NCBI GenBank assembly: GCA_021787445.1
Contig: JAJYLV010000005.1
Span: forward strand, 14,083-78,082
Direction: 5' to 3'
DNA: 64,000 bases
From: Chloroflexota bacterium
GTDB taxonomy: Bacteria; Chloroflexota; Limnocylindria; P2-11E
The notes under the pieces were generated by a model that was given only the letters and a program-made list of their open reading frames with translations, did not search any database and had not been told where the DNA came from. The first letter of the stretch is position 1, and every line of letters starts with the position of its first letter. The position numbers and the translations under genes were made by a program. Below are positions 1 through 13,262 of this stretch, piece after piece.

Positions 1-1881
1 GGCGACGAGACGGCCGCCTCGCTGCGCCTGCGCGTGCGGCGTGTCCTGCCCGCGCTCATGTCCGCGACCGTGCCGTACGCGCAGAGCTCGTCGCTGCTCT
101 TCATGGCCGGCGACGACCACGTCGAGCCGTACGAGCGGCTGCCCGAGGCGGTCGCGGCCATCCACGCGGCGCAGCCACGTTCGCAGGCACGCATCGCCGG
201 CCTCGAGGAGTTCGCGGCGGCGATCAGGCGCCCGCCGGGGATCCTCAGCGGGGAGATGATCGCGGGGAAGTACCGCCCCATCCTCCGCGGCGTGAACTCG
301 ACGCGGGTGTGGATCAAGCAGGCCAACGCGGAGTGCGAGCGGCTCCTCCTCGAGCGCTGCGAGCCGCTCGACGCGCTCGCCGGCGGCGTGGCGCGCGAGC
401 GCATCCGTTCGCTGTGGCGGACGCTCCTGCAGAACCATCCGCACGACTCGATCTGCGGCTGCGGCATCGACGCCGTCCACGACGTCGACATGCCGCCGCG
501 CTTCGACCGCGTCCGGCGCGAAGGCCTCGAGATCGCGGCCGAGCTCGCGTCGCGCCTCGCCGGCGCGGGCGACGGCACCGTCGTCTGGAGCTCGCTGCCG
601 TACGAGCGCCACGCCGTCGTCGACGTCGACGGTGCGGCCACGCTCGTCCGCTGCGCGGGGCTGGGCGTCGCGCCGCTCGCGCGCGCCGAGGGGCGGCCGG
701 TGACGTCGCCCGCGGACGGCGTCCTCGAGAACGGCCGCCTGCGCGTGGAGGTGGCCGCGGATGCGACCTTCACGCTGGTCGACCTCGCGACCGGCGCGCG
801 CTGGCAGCGGCAGAACGTGCTCGTCGACGAGGGCGACCGCGGCGACGGATACACCTTCTCCTATGCGGGTCCCACGGTCGCGGGGGCGGCGCTCCCGGGA
901 ACGCGTGCGACGCGCGTCGCCGGCGACCGGGGGACGGTCACGGTCGAGACGCTCGTCCGCGTCCCCTCCCGTCTCCGGGACGACCGCTTCGCGCGCGTGC
1001 CCGAGACGGTCGACTGCCCGCTCCGCGTGTCGGTCTCCCTGGACGCGGAGACGGACCGCGTCGACGTCGTGTGCGAGCTCGACAACCGCGCGCGCGACCA
1101 TCGGCTGCGCGCGGAGTTCGAGACGCGGACGCGGACCCTCACCCACCACGTCGGCGCCGCCTTCGCGATCCTCGAGCGGCCCGATCGCGTTCCGCCGCGC
1201 CCGGGCTGGGTCGAGCCGCCCACGCCCGAGCGCTGCGTGCACGACCTCGTCGCGGTGCGTGGCGCGACGGCGGGACTCGCCGTCGGCGTCGACGGCATCC
1301 GCGACTACGCGGTCTTCCGCGACGGCGCGGCGATCTCGATCACCCTCGTCCGCTGCGTGGGGTGGCTTTCGCGCGGCGACCTGCCGGAGCGAGAGGTCCA
1401 TGCCGGCCCGGCTCTGGAGACGCCGAGCGCGCAGTGCCTCGGCGCGCTGCGCTTCCGCTACTGCCTCGTGCCCCTCGATGCCCGTCGCTCGCTCGGCGCC
1501 GCCGCACGCGCGGTGCGGTCCTTCCTGTCGCCGCCGTGGGTCGCGCGCGGCGAAGGGGTCGAGCGGACCTTCCTGCGGGTCGAGACGGATCCCGCCGACG
1601 CGCTCGCGGAGGTCACGGCGCTGCGCTCCGCACCCGGCGGCGAGGTCGTCCTGCGCATCGCGTCCCTGTCGAAGGAGCCCGCCGCCGTCACCGTCCGCGC
1701 GCACCGCGCCTTTCGCTCGGCGCGCGCGACCGACCTGCGCGAGGGGGACCTCGCGCTCGGCCACACCGGCTTGGACGTCCTCCGCACCGCGCCGCCGCTC
1801 GAGATCCTGCCCGACGGCTCCGCGGTCGCGCGCCTCGCCGCATACGAGATCGGTACCTGGAGGGTGTCCCTAGCGTCGTAG
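1..1881 (+). CDS. Glycoside hydrolase family 38 (alpha-mannosidase-like), 5'-truncated by the window edge
   Basis: Frame 1 is open from nt 1 (track ORF 34..1881). LLQNHPHDSICGCGIDAVHD resembles the GH38 central 'NQFHD..G' motif. High third-position GC. Confidence 0.7.
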   Translation, partial: GDETAASLRLRVRRVLPALMSATVPYAQSSSLLFMAGDDHVEPYERLPEAVAAIHAAQPRSQARIAGLEEFAAAIRRPPGILSGEMIAGKYRPILRGVNSTRVWIKQANAECERLLLERCEPLDALAGGVARERIRSLWRTLLQNHPHDSICGCGIDAVHDVDMPPRFDRVRREGLEIAAELASRLAGAGDGTVVWSSLPYERHAVVDVDGAATLVRCAGLGVAPLARAEGRPVTSPADGVLENGRLRVEVAADATFTLVDLATGARWQRQNVLVDEGDRGDGYTFSYAGPTVAGAALPGTRATRVAGDRGTVTVETLVRVPSRLRDDRFARVPETVDCPLRVSVSLDAETDRVDVVCELDNRARDHRLRAEFETRTRTLTHHVGAAFAILERPDRVPPRPGWVEPPTPERCVHDLVAVRGATAGLAVGVDGIRDYAVFRDGAAISITLVRCVGWLSRGDLPEREVHAGPALETPSAQCLGALRFRYCLVPLDARRSLGAAARAVRSFLSPPWVARGEGVERTFLRVETDPADALAEVTALRSAPGGEVVLRIASLSKEPAAVTVRAHRAFRSARATDLREGDLALGHTGLDVLRTAPPLEILPDGSAVARLAAYEIGTWRVSLAS

Positions 1882-2157
1882 GTCCTCGCAGGCGACGCCA
1901 TCGCGATCGGCGTCGAGGTGGTGGGGGTCGCTCGTGTCCCGCCGCAGGACGTCTTGAGCGGCGGGCTGGTCGGGGAGATCGGCGCAGTCGAGGTCGCGGA
2001 ACGGCGCGCGGGTCTCCATGACGAGCCGCGTCGCCGGCACGCTGCCGCCCGCCCGCCCCGCCGGCGGCGATGCGGGCGCCGTGGCGGCGGCGTGCGCCGC
2101 GCACGCCGCCAGGAGCGCCGCCGACGCCACGAGGGACGCACGCCACACGACATCCAT
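1870..2157 (-). CDS. Small secreted Excalibur (calcium-binding) domain protein
   Basis: Uses the internal ATG of track ORF 1870..2382. Signal-like N-terminus MDVVWRASLVASAALLAACAAH. The C-terminus DCADLPDQPAAQDVL..DPHHLDADRDGVACE matches the Excalibur DxDxDGxxCE motif. Confidence 0.7.
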   Translation of the reverse strand: MDVVWRASLVASAALLAACAAHAAATAPASPPAGRAGGSVPATRLVMETRAPFRDLDCADLPDQPAAQDVLRRDTSDPHHLDADRDGVACEDLRR

Positions 2158-2203
2158 ACGGCCCGCGCTTTCCGGGCGCCGCCCCTGACATACTTCCGGC
2201 GAC

Positions 2204-3273
<1,070 letters not shown>

Positions 3274-3277
<4 letters not shown>

Positions 3278-5685
3278 GCCTTCGCGCGCAGCTGGAGGCG
3301 TTCCCCCTCGAGACGGTGCTCCAGCTCCTGGCCGCGACCGAGAAGACCGGACGGCTCGAGGTGCGCGGCGACGACGGCCGCGGCGGATCGCTCGGGGTGT
3401 CGAACGGACGCCTCGTCTCGGCGGAGTACGAGGGCGAGCAGGGGCGACGCGCGCTCGGCGCGATCTTCACGATCCTCCCGGGCGACCTCGAGTTCCTGCC
3501 CCTGGAGGCGACGACGCTCGGCGGGGACCTGAGCGGCGAGCTGGACGAGCTGCTCGATCAGGCGGTCGAGGAACGCGACCGCATCGCGCGCATCCGCGAG
3601 GTCATCCCGACGGACCGCACGCGCTTTTCCCTGTCCGAGCGCGCCGCGGATCAGGGCCAGATCACGCTCTCGGCGGAGCAGTGGCGCGCGCTCCTGGCCG
3701 TCGACGGCGAGCGCGACGTCTCCGCCATCGCCGAGAAGGTCGGCCTCTCTCGCCTCGCCGCGGAGGACCTGCTCGCCACGCTCGTCCGCGACGGGCTGGT
3801 CGATACGCTCGCGCCGTCCGCGACGCCGGCGGAGCAGGGCGCGTATCGCCGGCTGCCGCCGGTGCAGCCGATCGCGCCGACGCGAGCCGGCGAGGCCGTC
3901 GTCCTGAGCGGCACCCTCCCCGACTTCCCGCTCGAGACGGTCGTCCAGCTCCTCGCGGCGACGAAGAAGACCGGCCGCCTCGAGATCGCGGCCGGCGCGG
4001 AGAGCGCGACGCTCGGGCTCTCTGGCGGAGCGCTCGTCGCCGCGACCGCGGCCGAGGAGGACGGCGAGCTCGCGCTCGGCGCGGCATTCGCCATCGGCGA
4101 CGGCGAGTTCGACTTCGTCCCGATGCCGGAGGCGCCCGCGGCGAACGTCTCCGGGGAGCTCGACGAGATCATCGACCGCGCCGCCGCGCTGCGCGATCGC
4201 ATCGCCGCCGTCCGCACGCTCATCCCGAACGAACGGTCGCGCTTCGCGCTGTCCGACCGCGCGACGCGCAACCCCGAGATCACGCTCACGCCGGAGCAGT
4301 GGCGCGTGCTCCTCGCGGTCCACCCCCAGCGGGACGTCGCCATGGTCGCCGACCAGCTGCGCATGCGGCGGCTCCCGACGCTCATGCTCCTCACCGACCT
4401 CATTCGCGGGGGGTTCATCGACGTCGTCCCGCCGGAAGCGGAGCTCTCGTGGCCGTACGTCGAGCGCCGTCGCGCGCCCTGGGCCGCCGCGCCGGCGGGC
4501 GGCGAGCGCGCCGGAGCGCCCGAGGAGCAGGCCGAGGAGGAGGCGCGCGCGGTCGAGGAGCCCGCGCCCGAAGCCCTGGCGGCCGAGGCGCTATCCGAAG
4601 AGCTGCCCGCGGCGCCGCTCGAGGTCGAGCAGCCTCTCGAGGAGACGGCCATCGACCGCGAAGCGGCGGAGGCCGTGGCGGACGACCGGCTGAGCGCGCT
4701 CTCGGGACTGTTCGGTCCGGCCGAGCCCGCGCCGCCGCCCGCCGCGTGGGAGCCCCCCATCGGCGAGGCGGAGGCTGCCGCGGCCGCCGCGACGGCGGCC
4801 GCGTTCGCGTCCGCGCCGGCCGAGCCCGAAGCGCCGCAAGTGCCGGCGGAAGAGGCTGCGCCGCCCGCTGAGATAGACCCGCGCCTTGCGGCGTTCGGGA
4901 TCGCGTCGGCGGAGCCCGAGGTCGCGCCGCAGGAGCTCGAGGCGCCGCCGCAGTGGCAGACGTGGGAGACGCCGGCGGAGGCCGCACCGGAGGAGGCGCC
5001 GCCTCCCGAGGAGCCGAGCGAGATCGACCCGCGCTACGCCGCTCTGGCCATGCCTCCGGCCGAGACCGCCGCTCCCTCCGCGCCCGAAGCGCCCGTCGAG
5101 CCGGAGCCGCCCGCCCCGCTGGAGTGGCCGGAAGCGGCGCACGCGCGTCCCGAGCCGGTCGCGGGGCGGCCGCTCCCCGAGATGCCGCCGGTCGAGCCCG
5201 CGCCGGCGGTCGCGCCTGCGCCCGAGAAGAAGAGGGGCGGACTCTTCGGTGGGCTGTTCGGCGGGAAGGCCGCGGCCACGCCCGCGACGGGCTCGCTCGC
5301 GCGCACCGACGCCGGTCGGCTCGCGCTCTTGGCGAACGAGCTGATCGCCGGGTACAACAGCGGGCGATACGGCAAGGGCCGTGTCGAGGACCGCATGATC
5401 GGGCTGCTCATGCGCGTCGACGAGCAAGCCGACCCCATCGACCGCCCCATCCCCGTCGTGAACGACCGCATCGACGTCGCGTCGATCGACGACGGCGCCG
5501 TCCCCGAGGCGCAGTCCGTGCCCTACCTCGCGGCGCTCGTGCGGCAGGTCTACGACGACGCCGAGCGCGTGCTCGGCAAGGACAAGGCGCGCCGCGGATT
5601 CCGCGACGTGCGTGACCGCGTGTTCGGGAAGGACGCGTCCGTCCTGCGCGCGCCCGACGTGGCCGGGCGCATGCCGAAGGTCTGA
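3274..5685 (+). CDS. Unknown-function protein (803 aa): two tandem DUF4388-like plus winged-helix-like modules, a long Pro/Ala/Glu-rich linker and a distinct C-terminal domain
   Basis: GTG 3274 overlaps the upstream TGA (GTGA). In frame with track ORF 1918..5685. FPLETVLQLLAATEKTGRLE-type signature occurs twice. High GC3 throughout. Confidence 0.75.
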
Positions 5686-6614
5686 GCCTCTACGTCGGCC
5701 TCGACCTGGGCGGGACGCAGGTCCGCGCCGTGGTCGGGACCGAGGACGAGCGTCCTCGCATCCTCGCCGACTCCGCACGCCCGACGCCGACGACGGGTGC
5801 GGATGATGTCGTCGCCGCTCTCGTCGCCTCGACGCGTGCGGCGCTCGACGAGGCCGGGCGGACGCTGCGCGACATCGCGGCGGTCGGCTGCTCTGCGCCG
5901 GGACCGCTCGACCACGAGCGCGGCGTCGTGCACGTCGCGCCGAACATCCCCGGATTCGAGAACGTGCCCCTCGCGGCGCGCCTCGCGGCGGGCCTCGACG
6001 GCGTGCCCGTGTTCGTCGACCGCGACACGATCATCGCCGCGATCGGCGAAGGCGCCGTCGGCGCCGCGCGCGGGGTGCGCGACTTCGTGTACGTGACGGT
6101 CTCCACGGGCGTCGGGGGAGGGATAGTCGCCGGGGGGCGCATCGTGCGCGGCGCGACGAATACCGCGGGCGAGATCGGCCACTGGCCCGTCGCGCTCGAC
6201 GGCCCACCCTGCGGATGCGGCTCGTTCGGATGCGTCGAGGCCTTCGCCGGCGGGCACAGCCTCGCCGAGCGCTATGGCGCCCGCGATGCGGGAGACGTGT
6301 TCCGGGCCGCGGACGAGGGGGATGAGCGCGCGCGCGGCCTCGTCGCCGGGCTCGAGTCGGCGATGGAGGCGCTGGCGGTCGGCCTGGTCAACGTGCTCAA
6401 CCCGAGCCTCATCGTCGTCGGCGGCGGGATCGCGGAGCATGAGCCGCGGCACGTGCTCGATCCGATGCGGCGTGGGGCACGCGAGCGCGCGTTCGCCGTG
6501 GCGTCCGCGGCCGTGCGGATCGTCCCCGCCGCGCTCGGCGCGGACGTCGGCATGATCGGTGCGGTGGTGACGGCCCGCCAGCGCGCGGCCGGACGGGATC
6601 CGCTGTCGGTCTGA
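5682..6614 (+). CDS. ROK family sugar kinase (glucokinase-like)
   Basis: [10 protein letters not shown] phosphate-1 motif, [10 protein letters not shown], and ROK zinc motif [15 protein letters not shown]. The first canonical start (GTG 5730) would delete DLGGT, so CTG 5682 is inferred. Confidence 0.85.
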   Translation: MSLYVGLDLGGTQVRAVVGTEDERPRILADSARPTPTTGADDVVAALVASTRAALDEAGRTLRDIAAVGCSAPGPLDHERGVVHVAPNIPGFENVPLAARLAAGLDGVPVFVDRDTIIAAIGEGAVGAARGVRDFVYVTVSTGVGGGIVAGGRIVRGATNTAGEIGHWPVALDGPPCGCGSFGCVEAFAGGHSLAERYGARDAGDVFRAADEGDERARGLVAGLESAMEALAVGLVNVLNPSLIVVGGGIAEHEPRHVLDPMRRGARERAFAVASAAVRIVPAALGADVGMIGAVVTARQRAAGRDPLSV

Positions 6615-6679
6615 AGGTCCCGCGCCCGCGCCGCGTCGAGGCGGTAGGCTCCCGCGGGACCACGAAGGAGGCAGTGACG

Positions 6680-7723
6680 ATGGCGGTGCGTGTCGGGATC
6701 AACGGGTTCGGCCGGATCGGCCGCCAGTTCCTCAAGGCGGCCCTCGAAAAGCATGCGAGCGAGTTCGAGGTCGTCGCCGTCAACGACCTCGTCGACCCCC
6801 AGATGAACGCGTTCCTGTTCAAGCACGACACGAACTACGGGACGTTCGAGGGCGAGGTCTCCGCGACCGCGGACGAGCTCGTCATCGACGGCCACCACAT
6901 CACGGTCCTCGCCGAGACGGATCCGTCCAAGCTCCCCTGGCGCGACCTCCGCGTCGACGTCGTCGTCGAGTCCACCGGGCGCTTCACCGACGCGAACAAG
7001 GCGCGCGCCCACATCGACGCGGGCGCGCGCTACGTGATCATCTCGGCCCCCGCGAAGAACGAGGACAAGACGATCGTCCTCGGCGTGAACGAGGACGAGT
7101 TCGACCCCGAGAAGCACCACGTCATCTCGAACGCCTCCTGCACGACGAACGGCCTCGCGCCGATCGCCAAGGTCCTCAACGACGAGTTCGGGATCGAGCG
7201 CGGCTTCCTCACGACGGTCCACTCGTACACCAACTCGCAGCGGACGCTCGACCTCGCGGCGAAGGACCCTCGCGACGCGCGCGCCGCCGCCGAGAACATC
7301 GTGCCCTCCGAGACCGGCGCGGCGAAGGCCGTCGCGCTCGTCATCCCCGAGCTGAAGGGGCGGTTCACGGGCATGGCCTTCCGGGTCCCGACGCCGACCG
7401 TCTCGGTCGTCGACTTCGTCGCGACGCTCAAGCGCGAGGTGACGAAGGACGAGGTCAACGCGGCGCTCCGGCGCGCCGCGGAGGGGAAGCTCAAGGGGAT
7501 CGTCGCCTACACCGAGGAGCCGCTCGTGTCGAGCGATCTCAAGGGCGACCCGAACTCGACGATCGTGAGCGGCCTCGACACGCTCGTGCTCGGGAACATG
7601 ATCAAGGTCATCTCCTGGTACGACAACGAGTGGGGCTACGCGTGCCGGCTCGCCGACATGACCGCGCTCGTGGCCTCGAAGGTGAGCGGGCCGAAGCGCG
7701 AGGCCGTCGGAGCGCGCTCATAG
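6680..7723 (+). CDS. gap: Glyceraldehyde-3-phosphate dehydrogenase, type I
   Basis: [12 protein letters not shown]-binding motif and active site [11 protein letters not shown] 6680 lies 8 nt after GAAGGAGG; the track start GTG 6674 is too close to the SD. Confidence 0.95.
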   Translation: MAVRVGINGFGRIGRQFLKAALEKHASEFEVVAVNDLVDPQMNAFLFKHDTNYGTFEGEVSATADELVIDGHHITVLAETDPSKLPWRDLRVDVVVESTGRFTDANKARAHIDAGARYVIISAPAKNEDKTIVLGVNEDEFDPEKHHVISNASCTTNGLAPIAKVLNDEFGIERGFLTTVHSYTNSQRTLDLAAKDPRDARAAAENIVPSETGAAKAVALVIPELKGRFTGMAFRVPTPTVSVVDFVATLKREVTKDEVNAALRRAAEGKLKGIVAYTEEPLVSSDLKGDPNSTIVSGLDTLVLGNMIKVISWYDNEWGYACRLADMTALVASKVSGPKREAVGARS

Positions 7724-8916
7724 CCGGCGCCTTTCGCAAGCGCACCATCCGCGACGTCGACCCGCGCGGGAAGCGGGTCCTCGTCCGCGTCGACCTCAAC
7801 GTTCCCCTGGCGGACGGCAGGGTCGCCGACGACACGCGGATCCGCGCGGTCATCCCGACGATCCAGTACCTGCGCGACCGCGGCGCCATGCTCGGTCTGT
7901 GCTCCCACCTCGGGCGGCCGAAGGGCGTCGACCCGAAGTACAGCCTCACCCCGGTCGCGCAGCGCCTGACCGAGCTGCTCGAGTCGACCGTTCGCCTCCT
8001 CCCCGAGTGCGTCGGCCCGGCGGTGAAGGGCGAGGTCCTCGCGATGAGCGAGGCCGACGTCCTCCTCCTCGAGAACACGCGCTTCCATCCCGAGGAGGAG
8101 AAGAACGATCCGGCGTTCGCGAAGCAGCTCGCCGACGGCTTCGACCTGTACGTGAACGACGCCTTCGCCGCCGCACACCGCGCCCACGCCTCGACGGAGG
8201 GCGTCGCGCACGTCCTGCCGGCGTACGCCGGGTTCCTCCTCGAGCGCGAGCTCGAAGCCCTGGGGAGCCTCCTCGCGGAGCCGGCGCGGCCGTTCCTCGC
8301 GATCGTCGGCGGCGCGAAGGTGAGCACGAAGATCGACGTCCTGCGCTCGCTCGCGTCGCGCGTCGACGGCCTCGCCGTCGGCGGCGGCATGGCGAACACC
8401 TTCCTCTCGGCGTCCGGCGTCGCGGTGGGGACGTCGCTGCGCGAGGCCGACAAGGAGGGCGAGGCGCGCGATGTCATCGAGACGCTCACGAAGCGCGGCG
8501 GCGAGATCGTGCTCCCGACCGACGTCGTCTGCGCGCCCTCGGCCGATGACGCGGGCGCCGCGGTCGCGAGCGCCCACGACGTCTCCGACGTGCCCGCGGA
8601 CCAGATGATCGTCGACGTCGGGCCGAAGACGATCGATCTCTACGCGAGGACGATCGGGCGCGCGAAGACGATCTTCTGGAACGGGCCCGTCGGCGTGTTC
8701 GAGGTGCCGCGTTTCGCGATGGGGACGCGCCGGGTCGCGGAGCTCCTCGCGCGCTCGGGAGCGACGACGGTCGTCGGCGGGGGCGAGTCGGTCCAGGCGG
8801 TCGAGGAGCTGGGGCTGGCGTCGAAGCTGACGCACGTCTCGACGGGCGGCGGCGCGTCGCTCGAGCTGATCGAGGGGAAGACACTGCCGGGGGTGGCCGC
8901 GATACCCGACCGGTGA
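7720..8916 (+). CDS. pgk: Phosphoglycerate kinase
   Basis: [22 protein letters not shown]-terminus and full-length PGK-like sequence. The start is uncertain: ATA 7720 is inferred (GGAG 7 nt upstream, gives 398 aa); the canonical alternative is GTG 7630, overlapping gap by 94 nt. Confidence 0.9.
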   Translation: MAGAFRKRTIRDVDPRGKRVLVRVDLNVPLADGRVADDTRIRAVIPTIQYLRDRGAMLGLCSHLGRPKGVDPKYSLTPVAQRLTELLESTVRLLPECVGPAVKGEVLAMSEADVLLLENTRFHPEEEKNDPAFAKQLADGFDLYVNDAFAAAHRAHASTEGVAHVLPAYAGFLLERELEALGSLLAEPARPFLAIVGGAKVSTKIDVLRSLASRVDGLAVGGGMANTFLSASGVAVGTSLREADKEGEARDVIETLTKRGGEIVLPTDVVCAPSADDAGAAVASAHDVSDVPADQMIVDVGPKTIDLYARTIGRAKTIFWNGPVGVFEVPRFAMGTRRVAELLARSGATTVVGGGESVQAVEELGLASKLTHVSTGGGASLELIEGKTLPGVAAIPDR

Positions 8917-8936
8917 CCCCGAGCCGGAACGGCTAG

Positions 8937-10244
<1,308 letters not shown>

Positions 10245-10251
10245 CTCCGCG

Positions 10252-10515
10252 CTACGCCTTCTTCGCGGCGCGCCGCGCGATCCGCGACGTGCGGCGCCGT
10301 GCCGCGTTCTTGTGCAGGCCGCCGCGCTTGACCGCCTTGTCGAGCGCGCTCGCCGCCTTCCGGACGAGCATCTCCGCGTCGGCGGCTCCGGCGGCGATGG
10401 CGTCGCGCGCGGCCTTGGCCGCCGTGCGCGCGGACGAGCGCGCGAGCGTCTTCGTCTCGGTCCGGCGGCGCGTCTGTCGGATGCGCTTGAGGGCTGATCT
10501 CTTCTTCTTCGGCAT
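10252..10515 (-). CDS. rpsT: 30S ribosomal protein bS20
   Basis: 87-aa basic protein. MPKKKRSALKRIRQ... and KAVKRGGLHKNAARR are typical of S20. Confidence 0.9.
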   Translation of the reverse strand: MPKKKRSALKRIRQTRRRTETKTLARSSARTAAKAARDAIAAGAADAEMLVRKAASALDKAVKRGGLHKNAARRRTSRIARRAAKKA

Positions 10516-10556
10516 GGCGGTGACTGTAATGGGTCGCTCCGTGTCATGCTCGACAC

Positions 10557-12140
10557 GTGCGGATGAGCGTCGCGCAGGCCTCGATCGTCATGATCGGGAC
10601 GCTGATCGCGAGCCGGATCCTCGGATGGCTGCGTCTCTCGGTCATCGGCGCCCAGTTCGCCGGCGATCCGCGGTCGCTCGACGCCTTCTGGGCGGCGTTC
10701 CGCATCCCCGACACGATCTACAACCTGCTCGTCGCGGGGGCGCTCTCGAGCGCGTTCATCCCCGTCATCTCGAGCTACCTCGCGAAAGAGCGCGAAGACG
10801 AGGCCTGGCACGTCGCGTCGAGCGTGATGAACGCCATGCTCGTGTCGCTCGTCGCGCTCTCCGGAGTGATGTGGGTCGTCACGCCGTGGCTCGTCCCGCT
10901 CATGGCGCCGGACTACGACGCGCAGCAGCTTTCGCTCATGACCGACCTGACGCGGATCATGCTCCTCAGTCCGATCTTCATGGGCCTTTCCGCGCTCTTC
11001 ACCGGGATGCTCAACTCGTACCGGCAGTTCCTCTCGGGGGCGACGGCGCCGCTCATCTACAACGCCGTGATCATCTTCTTCGCGCTCTTCGCGGCACCGA
11101 TCTTCGGCATCCACGCGGTCGCGATCGGCGTCGTCGTCGGCGCGGCGATGATGTGGCTCGTCCAGGTCCCCGAGCTGACGTTCCGGCGCACGCGATACCA
11201 GGCCGTCCTCGACCTCGCGCACAGCGGGGTCCGCGAGGTCGCCCTCCTGGCGTGGCCGCGCACGCTCGCGCTCGGCTCCGTCCAGCTCGTGTTCTTCGTC
11301 GACGTCTACCTGTCGTCGTTCATGGCGCCGGGGTCGTATACCTCGCTCTACTACGCCTTCCAGCTGACGATGCTGCCGCTGGGCGTGTTCTCCATCGCGA
11401 TCTCCGCGGCCGTCTTCCCCGCGCTCACGCATTACGCGTCGCTCGGGCAGCAGGGCCGCATGCGCGACACCGTCGAGCAGGCGATCCGCTGGATCGTGTT
11501 CCTCACGCTCCCGACGGTCATCGTGATGATCGTCCTGCGCCGCCCGATCGTGAACCTCCTCTTCCAGTACGGCGAGTTCGGCGCCGCCGCACGCGAGGCC
11601 ACCGCGCTCGCCTTTCTCTTCTACTCCATCGGCCTCATCGGGCACTCCCTAGTGCAGATCCTCGCGCGGGCGTACTACGCGGTGAAGGACACCAAGACGC
11701 CCGTCGCGATGACGCTCGTCGCCATCGTCGTCAACGTCGCGCTGTCGTTCGCCCTCGCGCCCGGCCTCGGGATCAACGGCCTCGCCCTCGCGAATTCGAT
11801 CGCGACGCTCGCGGAAGCGGCGCTCTTGCTGTTCGTCCTCGCTCCTCGCGCGCGTCTGCGCGTGGGAACGCTCAGCGTCTCCACGCTCCGGCATCTCGCG
11901 GCGAGCCTCACGATGGGTGTCGCGATGTTCGTCTTCATCCGCGTGACGAACATCCCGCTCGACCTAGCGCTGAACCCGCCCAAGCCGCTGCTCCTGCTGC
12001 AGACGCTCATCGCGGTCGCGTTCGGCGGGCTCGTCTACCTGGGTGCGTCGACGCTCTTCCGCGTCGGGGAGCTCGACGAGATCGTCGCGGCGCTGCGCAC
12101 CCGCGGTCCCTTCGCCAAGAAGGCGCCCGCCTCGACCTGA
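10557..12140 (+). CDS. murJ: Lipid II flippase MurJ/MviN
   Basis: Polytopic 527-aa membrane protein with a MurJ-type N-terminus (ASRILGWLR...AFRIPDTIYNLLVAGALSSAFIP). ATG 10563 is an alternative start. Confidence 0.88.
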   Translation: MRMSVAQASIVMIGTLIASRILGWLRLSVIGAQFAGDPRSLDAFWAAFRIPDTIYNLLVAGALSSAFIPVISSYLAKEREDEAWHVASSVMNAMLVSLVALSGVMWVVTPWLVPLMAPDYDAQQLSLMTDLTRIMLLSPIFMGLSALFTGMLNSYRQFLSGATAPLIYNAVIIFFALFAAPIFGIHAVAIGVVVGAAMMWLVQVPELTFRRTRYQAVLDLAHSGVREVALLAWPRTLALGSVQLVFFVDVYLSSFMAPGSYTSLYYAFQLTMLPLGVFSIAISAAVFPALTHYASLGQQGRMRDTVEQAIRWIVFLTLPTVIVMIVLRRPIVNLLFQYGEFGAAAREATALAFLFYSIGLIGHSLVQILARAYYAVKDTKTPVAMTLVAIVVNVALSFALAPGLGINGLALANSIATLAEAALLLFVLAPRARLRVGTLSVSTLRHLAASLTMGVAMFVFIRVTNIPLDLALNPPKPLLLLQTLIAVAFGGLVYLGASTLFRVGELDEIVAALRTRGPFAKKAPAST

Positions 12141-12141
12141 G

Positions 12142-13227
12142 ATGACCGTCTCCGCGTCCGCTCACGGCCGGGTGAACCTCATCGGTGAGCACACCGACCA
12201 TTCCGAGGGCTTCGTGCTGCCGGTGCTCATTCCTCAGGCGACCACGGTCGAGCTCGAGCCGCGGCGCGACCGGATCGTCCGCGTCATGAGCGAGAACGTC
12301 GAGGCGGGGACCTGGCACGAGCACGAGATCGGGACCGAGGAGGCGACCGGGATGTGGACCGACCACGTGCGTGGCGTCACGTGGGCGCTCGCGCGTGAGG
12401 GCCTCCTCGAGCGCGGCTTCGAAGCGCGTGTGTCGTCCGACGTCCCCATGGGCGCGGGCCTCGCGTCGAGCGCCGCCCTCGCGGTCGCGCTCCTCCGGGC
12501 GATCCGCGTCGGCTTCGCGCTCGACCTCGACGACGTCGCCGTCGCGCGCGTCGCGCAGGCCGCCGAGCGCGAGATGGTCGGCGCGAACGTCGGGATCATG
12601 GACCAGATGGCGGCCTCGGTCGGTGCGCCGGGCGAGGCGCTCTTCCTCGACTGCCGCTCGCTCGCCTACGAGCGCGTGGCGCTGCCGGAGGCGATGGAGC
12701 TCGTCGTCGTCGACTCCGGCGTCGTCCACCGCAACAGCGCCGGCGCGTATAACGAGCGCAGGGCCCAGTGCGAGGAGGCCGCGCGCCTCCTCGGCGTCGC
12801 GGCGCTGCGCGACCTCGGGCCCGCCGACGAGGCACGGATGGGTGCGCTGCCCGAGCCGCTCGTCCGCCGCGCGCGCCACGTCGTTTCGGAGAACGCGCGC
12901 GTGCTCGGCGCCGTCGCGGCGCTCGCGACGTGCGACCTCGCCTCGCTCGGCGAGCTCCTGGACGGCTCGCACCGCTCGCTGCGCGACGACTTCGAGGTCT
13001 CCACCGCCGAGATCGATCTGCTCGTCGGCCTCGTCCGCGAGCAGGAGGGCGTCTACGGCGCGCGCATCACCGGCGGCGGGTCCGGCGGATCGGTCGTCGC
13101 CGTCGCGGACGCCGGCGCGGGTCATCACGCCGCGGCCCTCGCCGTCGCCGAGTACGAGCAGCGCACCGGCCTCGACGCGCGGATCCTCGTACCGTCCGGA
13201 GGCGCGCTGGGCGACGCTCTCCCCTGA
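12142..13227 (+). CDS. galK: Galactokinase
   Basis: GRVNLIGEHTDH galactokinase signature and GHMP kinase motif PMGAGLASSAA. Uses ATG 12142 within track ORF 12043..13227. Confidence 0.9.
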   Translation: MTVSASAHGRVNLIGEHTDHSEGFVLPVLIPQATTVELEPRRDRIVRVMSENVEAGTWHEHEIGTEEATGMWTDHVRGVTWALAREGLLERGFEARVSSDVPMGAGLASSAALAVALLRAIRVGFALDLDDVAVARVAQAAEREMVGANVGIMDQMAASVGAPGEALFLDCRSLAYERVALPEAMELVVVDSGVVHRNSAGAYNERRAQCEEAARLLGVAALRDLGPADEARMGALPEPLVRRARHVVSENARVLGAVAALATCDLASLGELLDGSHRSLRDDFEVSTAEIDLLVGLVREQEGVYGARITGGGSGGSVVAVADAGAGHHAAALAVAEYEQRTGLDARILVPSGGALGDALP

Positions 13228-13262
13228 GGCACGAAGCAGATCCGCTGTAGCGTGACAGACGC

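Noticed and set aside
309-2021. 570-aa Arg-rich plus-strand ORF, and similar alternate-frame ORFs throughout the track (e.g. 3147..4871, 13415..14137, 14428..15945, 24667..25236, 44778..46502)
   Set aside because: These are out-of-frame readings of real genes or 5' extensions of downstream genes. Their composition (R/G/A/P runs) is typical of shifted frames in GC-rich DNA.
4470-5290. Repetitive GC-rich stretch considered as a tandem repeat or CRISPR-like array
   Set aside because: There are no regularly spaced identical repeats. The periodicity is codon-level (Pro/Ala/Glu tract) inside an open, high-GC3 reading frame.
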